This document shows positions 59,661 through 64,000 of a DNA stretch of 64,000 bases, piece by piece. Origin of the DNA: an uncultured Pelagibacteraceae bacterium (GTDB lineage: Bacteria; Pseudomonadota; Alphaproteobacteria; Pelagibacterales; Pelagibacteraceae); NCBI GenBank assembly GCA_902570695.1, contig CACFZE010000007.1:11912-75911 (forward strand). Reading direction: 5' to 3'. Position numbers and translations under genes: made by a program. Below the pieces are notes generated by a model. It saw only the letters and a program-made list of their open reading frames with translations, made no database searches and had not been told where the DNA came from. The first letter of the stretch is position 1. The number at the start of each line of letters is the position of its first letter.

Positions 59661-60482
59661 TTAAGCAATAGGCGGATATTTAATAATAATTTCGTTTATC
59701 CAATTTGTAATATTATTAATTCTATTTGTTGAAGATGGGTGAGTAGACATAAATTCTGGTGGTTCTTTCCCTTTTTTAGCTTCTTTCATTCTTTCCCAAA
59801 CTTTGATTGTTTCCCTAATGTCATAACCAGATAATGATGCAAATATCAAACCAAGATAATCAGCTTCACTCTCTTGCTTTCTATTGAAGGGATTCATAAT
59901 TCCTATTTGTGATAATAAACCGACAGCATTCATCCCTGTGGTTCTATTTATCTGAGATACTTTACCTTTAGTGGCTATATCTAAAATAGCTGTACCAGTA
60001 TTTAACAAAACACCTCTACTTGCTCTTTCTACTGAATGTTTTGCAACAGCATGCGCAATTTCATGACCCATTACAGCTGCCAATCCATCTTCATTTTTAG
60101 TTATATCTAATAGACCTGTATAAACAGCTATTTTACCTCCAGGCATACACCAAGCATTTTTAACTTTTTTTTTATCAATAAGTATATATTCCCAATCAAA
60201 ATTTATAGTTGGGTCAGGTATATTATTGCGGTCAAAGTATTCTGATATTGAATATTCAATTTTGGATCCAATTTCTTTTATTTGATTTAATGTTTTGGTA
60301 TCATCACTTAAAGTTTCTTTCTCTTTTACCTTTTCATATAATTGAGCAGCTTTCGCATTGAGGTTAGATTCGGGAATTAATTTTAGTTGTTTTCGATCTG
60401 TTATTGGTGCACTACCACATGCAGATAGGCCAAAAGATAAGCAACTACAACCAAATAAATGTATGAAATTTCTTCTATTCAC
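59661..60482 (-). CDS. M48-family metallopeptidase, predicted Tat-exported lipoprotein
   Basis: GTG start; RRNFI twin-Arg motif, LSAC lipobox; NAWCMPGG, HEIAH, ESEAD, STHP. Confidence 0.88.
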   Translation of the reverse strand: MNRRNFIHLFGCSCLSFGLSACGSAPITDRKQLKLIPESNLNAKAAQLYEKVKEKETLSDDTKTLNQIKEIGSKIEYSISEYFDRNNIPDPTINFDWEYILIDKKKVKNAWCMPGGKIAVYTGLLDITKNEDGLAAVMGHEIAHAVAKHSVERASRGVLLNTGTAILDIATKGKVSQINRTTGMNAVGLLSQIGIMNPFNRKQESEADYLGLIFASLSGYDIRETIKVWERMKEAKKGKEPPEFMSTHPSSTNRINNITNWINEIIIKYPPIA

Positions 60483-60605
60483 TTTTTTTACTTAATATAT
60501 TACACCTTTTTTATAATAATTTATATGATACTTAATAACAAAATTTTAATAGTACTATTTGTACTGGCAGTCGTATTTGTTTTATATGCAAGTTACAGTT
60601 AATTT

Positions 60606-61229
60606 ATGGCAAAATTAAAGAGAAGAGGCATTTCAATCCTTGGAAGACTTAGAAACTATTTTATAGCAGGAATAGTTGTTCTTGTTCCAATAGGTATCAC
60701 ATTATATTTAACTAGATTTTTTATATCTATATCTTCAAAATTAATACCAAACGAATTAAATCCAAATAGTTACTTGCCTTTTGCAATACCAGGTTTGGAA
60801 ATATTATTAGCTATAATTTTTATTACAATAATTGGAAGTTTATCTCTTTCATTTATTGGAAAAAAAATACTTAAAATATTTAATGATATATTAAAAAGAA
60901 TACCAATTCTTAGAACAATTTATTCAGCAATTGGCCAAATGACTGAAACATTAGCACCAAAAAAAGGATCAAAGAAAAGTGTAGTCTTAGTTGAGTATCC
61001 GAGAAAAGGTAGTTGGGCAGTAGGGTTTGCGACCAGAGAAAACGATGGTGAAATATCAAAAAAAACAAATACTAATCTTATTAATGTATTTGTTCCAACA
61101 ACACCAAATCCTACGAGTGGATTTTTATTAATGTTTCCCAAAGATGAAGTTATTTATTTAGATATGACTTTTGAAGAAGCTTCTAAATTTATTGTTTCAG
61201 CCGGTACTTCAGATCCAAAAAAAATTTAA
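60606..61229 (+). CDS. DUF502-family membrane protein
   Basis: AGIVVLVPIGIT, VLVEYPRKG, VFVPTTPNPTSGF. Confidence 0.85.
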   Translation: MAKLKRRGISILGRLRNYFIAGIVVLVPIGITLYLTRFFISISSKLIPNELNPNSYLPFAIPGLEILLAIIFITIIGSLSLSFIGKKILKIFNDILKRIPILRTIYSAIGQMTETLAPKKGSKKSVVLVEYPRKGSWAVGFATRENDGEISKKTNTNLINVFVPTTPNPTSGFLLMFPKDEVIYLDMTFEEASKFIVSAGTSDPKKI

Positions 61230-63265
61230 GAAATTTCGTTAATTATTGAGGCTCGATCGTATAATTTTAATAATTTATTATATTTACTGAAATTATCACC
61301 TTTCATCTCTAATTTTTTTACTTCTGCCTCAGCAAGTAAGAATAAATCTTCATTTAATATGGGATCAGCTAATCTAAAATTTTTAATTCCACTTTGTTTA
61401 AATCCTAACAAATCCCCATATCCACGTAATTTCATATCTTCCTCAGAAATTACAAAACCGTCATCTGAACTTTTTAGAATGTTAATTCTTTTTTTTGCAT
61501 TTTCACTTAGTGAGGATTTAAACATCAATATACAGTAAGATTGTTTACTACCACGTCCGACACGACCTCGTAACTGATGTAATTGAGATAAACCATACTT
61601 ATCAGCATTTTCAATAATAATTACGTTAGCATTAGGAAAATCTATTCCAACCTCAATAACAGTGGTTGAAACCAATATATCCAACTTTCTATCTAAGAAA
61701 TTATTTAAAATTTTGTTCCTTTCATCCTTATCAAGTGAACCATGAATTAATCCAATTCTATTCTTAAAATATTTTTCTAAATACTTAAATTTATTTACAA
61801 CAGATTGTTGTTCAACTTTTTTCGACTCTTCTATCAAAGGACAAACCCAGAAAATTTGATTTTTATTAAAAATTTCTTTTTTAACAAATCTAATTATTTC
61901 AGATATTTTATCTTCTAACTTACTGTAAGTGACTATTTTTTTTCTATTTTTTGGTTTTTCTTTTATTAAGGTTAAATCCATATCACCATAAACCGTCATC
62001 ATCATTGTTCTTGGTATTGGAGTTGCAGACATGACTAGAACATCGCAGTTATTTCCACCTTTTTCTGATAACTCTTTACGCTGACGAACACCAAACTTAT
62101 GTTGTTCATCAATAATTATTAAACCCAGTTTATTATATTCAACTTTTTTTTGGAATAACGCATGTGTTCCTATCAGAAAGTCTATTTTACCAAGTTTAAG
62201 ATTTTCTAAAATTTTCTTTCTATCAGCATATTTTGACTTACCAGTTAACATTTCAATTTTTACATTTTTGGGTAGATATTTTTTAGCAAAAGAAAAATGT
62301 TGCTTTGCTAGAATTTCAGTAGGCACCATAAAGCTTGTTTGATATCCAGCATTTACACAATTTACCGCTGCTATCATTGATACAATTGTTTTACCAGATC
62401 CAACATCTCCTTGTAAAAGTCTAAACATTCTACTTTTTGATTTAAGATCTTCGTTTATAATTTTTATTGCTGCTTCTTGATCATTTGTTAATTTAAAATT
62501 TAAATCTTGTATCAATTTTTCCTTACAATCTTTAAAAATTTTTTGTGATTTCTTTATTTTTTTTATTTTAGTTCTTATCTTTGAGGATAATAAAAAATGA
62601 GCAAACAATTCATCAAAAACTAACCGTTTATAATACTTAGATTTTAAAATTTCCTTAGTATCAAGACTGTGAATTTTTAAGATTGCATCTTTCCACTTAA
62701 TATTATTAAATTTTTTCTTTATATCATCATTTAGCCACTCATCTAAATCAGGTAATTTCTTTAAAACTTCATTAATTATAATATTGTATTTATTGATAGT
62801 AAGACCATCTGTAAGACTATATTTATTTTGAGTCTCCAAGATATTTTCATTACTTTCTTTAACCTGAGTAGGATTAGTGATTTGATATTTATTTCTAAAA
62901 AAATTAATTTTTCCACTTATTATTATTTCAGTATTTAATGGTAAGATTTTTTTTATATATCCCTCATATGAATTAAAAAAAACGCAATCTATTTTTATAT
63001 CTTTACTTTGACACACAACTCTATTGGGCAATCTTCTTATTCTAGGAAAATTATATTTTATGGGTGTTAATTTAATAGTTTGTAACTTACCTATTTGTAT
63101 ATCACCAACATTTGTTACTTTTGAATTTTCAATTTTACTTGTGGGTAAATGCCACAATAAATCAAAAATTGTATTTATATTTTTTCTTTTAAATAATTGG
63201 CTTGTTTTTTTCCCTATACCTTTAATATTCTGAATATTTGACAATAAATATTCGTGATCATTCAT
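61226..63265 (-). CDS. recG: ATP-dependent DNA helicase RecG
   Basis: QGDVGSGKT, DEQH, SATPIPR, HQLRGRVGRG. Confidence 0.97.
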   Translation of the reverse strand: MNDHEYLLSNIQNIKGIGKKTSQLFKRKNINTIFDLLWHLPTSKIENSKVTNVGDIQIGKLQTIKLTPIKYNFPRIRRLPNRVVCQSKDIKIDCVFFNSYEGYIKKILPLNTEIIISGKINFFRNKYQITNPTQVKESNENILETQNKYSLTDGLTINKYNIIINEVLKKLPDLDEWLNDDIKKKFNNIKWKDAILKIHSLDTKEILKSKYYKRLVFDELFAHFLLSSKIRTKIKKIKKSQKIFKDCKEKLIQDLNFKLTNDQEAAIKIINEDLKSKSRMFRLLQGDVGSGKTIVSMIAAVNCVNAGYQTSFMVPTEILAKQHFSFAKKYLPKNVKIEMLTGKSKYADRKKILENLKLGKIDFLIGTHALFQKKVEYNKLGLIIIDEQHKFGVRQRKELSEKGGNNCDVLVMSATPIPRTMMMTVYGDMDLTLIKEKPKNRKKIVTYSKLEDKISEIIRFVKKEIFNKNQIFWVCPLIEESKKVEQQSVVNKFKYLEKYFKNRIGLIHGSLDKDERNKILNNFLDRKLDILVSTTVIEVGIDFPNANVIIIENADKYGLSQLHQLRGRVGRGSKQSYCILMFKSSLSENAKKRINILKSSDDGFVISEEDMKLRGYGDLLGFKQSGIKNFRLADPILNEDLFLLAEAEVKKLEMKGDNFSKYNKLLKLYDRASIINEIS

Positions 63266-63291
63266 GATTTATATATATAAAGATTTAATTA

Positions 63292-63552
63292 ATGGATTCA
63301 AATAAACAAAATTTAATTAATAAAATTTTATACAGAGCTCAATACCGTGGAACTAAAGAAATGGATATTTTTGTTTCTAAATTTGTTAATTCAATTATTG
63401 ACAATCTCGATCATAAAGAATTAGTTTCTTTAGATAAGTTAATTAATTTTGATGACGAAACTTTAGTCGATTTAAGTTTAGGTAAAAATTCAAAAGATTT
63501 TGAAGATAAAATCGTCTTAAAAAAACTTATAGAATTTAAAAATAAATATTAG
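63292..63552 (+). CDS. sdhE: FAD assembly factor SdhE
   Basis: YRGTKEMD (RGxxExD) motif, 86 aa. Confidence 0.85.
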   Translation: MDSNKQNLINKILYRAQYRGTKEMDIFVSKFVNSIIDNLDHKELVSLDKLINFDDETLVDLSLGKNSKDFEDKIVLKKLIEFKNKY

Positions 63553-63642
63553 TGGCGGAGAGACTGGGATTCGAACCCAGGAAAGAGTTGCCCCTTTGCC
63601 GGTTTTCAAGACCGGTGCTTTCAACCGCTCAGCCATCTCTCC
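63553..63642 (-). tRNA. tRNA-Ser (TGA)
   Basis: GGAGAGA acceptor, CCGGT-CTTGAAA-ACCGG, long variable arm, encoded CCA. Confidence 0.97.
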
Positions 63643-63702
63643 TAATTTGTAATAATTAAAATTCTATATTTCATAAACAAAATAGTTTAATTGATCAATA
63701 TA

Positions 63703-64000
63703 ATGTTAAGCAAAAATCAATTTAATAAAGGTATAATTTTAACGGCATTTGGTTCTTTCTGGTGGGGTTTTATCGGAGTTATATATTTTAAATATATTGC
63801 TTTTGCTGGCCATATTGAAGTTGTCCTACATCGAAGTGCATGGACAACTGTTATGCTAATTTTAACAACAATCATTTTATCAAAGTGGAAAAAATTTAGC
63901 TCAGTTTTTAAAGATAAAAAAAAAATTATTATGCTGTTTTTATCTGGATTATTAATTTTTACGAATTGGGCTGTTTGGATTTATGCAATAGGGAATGATC
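63703..64000 (+). CDS. rarD: RarD-family EamA transporter (3' truncated by window)
   Basis: Manually translated: MLSKNQFNKGIILTAFGSFWWG...EVVLHRSAW...FTNWAVWIYA. Confidence 0.8.
   Translation, partial: MLSKNQFNKGIILTAFGSFWWGFIGVIYFKYIAFAGHIEVVLHRSAWTTVMLILTTIILSKWKKFSSVFKDKKKIIMLFLSGLLIFTNWAVWIYAIGND

Noticed and set aside
60592-60598. Isolated CTGTAAC half-site (minus) upstream of the M48 gene
   Set aside because: No partner half-site at 11 bp

Overview
AT-rich (roughly 27-30% GC by eye, not computed), extremely compact alphaproteobacterial chromosome segment. Gene content, synteny and tiny or overlapping intergenic gaps point to a SAR11/Pelagibacteraceae-type genome (inference). The core backbone is ntrYX-trkAH, tRNA-Arg, aapJQMP, an XRE regulator, tRNA-Asn/Cys, valS-ilvD-manC, znuABC/zur, xth-erpA, dgt-argS-nagZ-scpAB-tatABC-serS-yajC-secDF, uvrA/ssb-gyrA-coaD-ppi-tgt, tRNA-Lys, recG, sdhE, tRNA-Ser and rarD. 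From about 16.4 to 33.7 kb lies a phosphate-starvation cluster: DAG-kinase-like gene, plcP-agt lipid remodelling, phoR, a secreted hypothetical, pstSCAB-phoU-phoB, sixA, ppk1-ppx, and a small-membrane-protein/arsC/aqpS/Nudix operon. Reading the intergenic DNA by hand gave six 11-bp-periodic Pho-box arrays. Four serve protein genes, including an ArsR-less arsenate operon whose promoter shares a 20-mer with plcP. Two precede gene-less stretches ending in plus-strand hairpins and are candidate PhoB-induced small RNAs; one exposes a loop complementary to the aapJ ribosome-binding site and start codon. Other notable items: a TGT lacking all four structural zinc ligands, a GC-rich structured patch inside ilvD, and a non-canonical palindrome at the uvrA/ssb promoter. 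No integrase, transposase, prophage or CRISPR array was seen. All regulatory and ncRNA calls are sequence-based predictions; no searches or folding programs were run.
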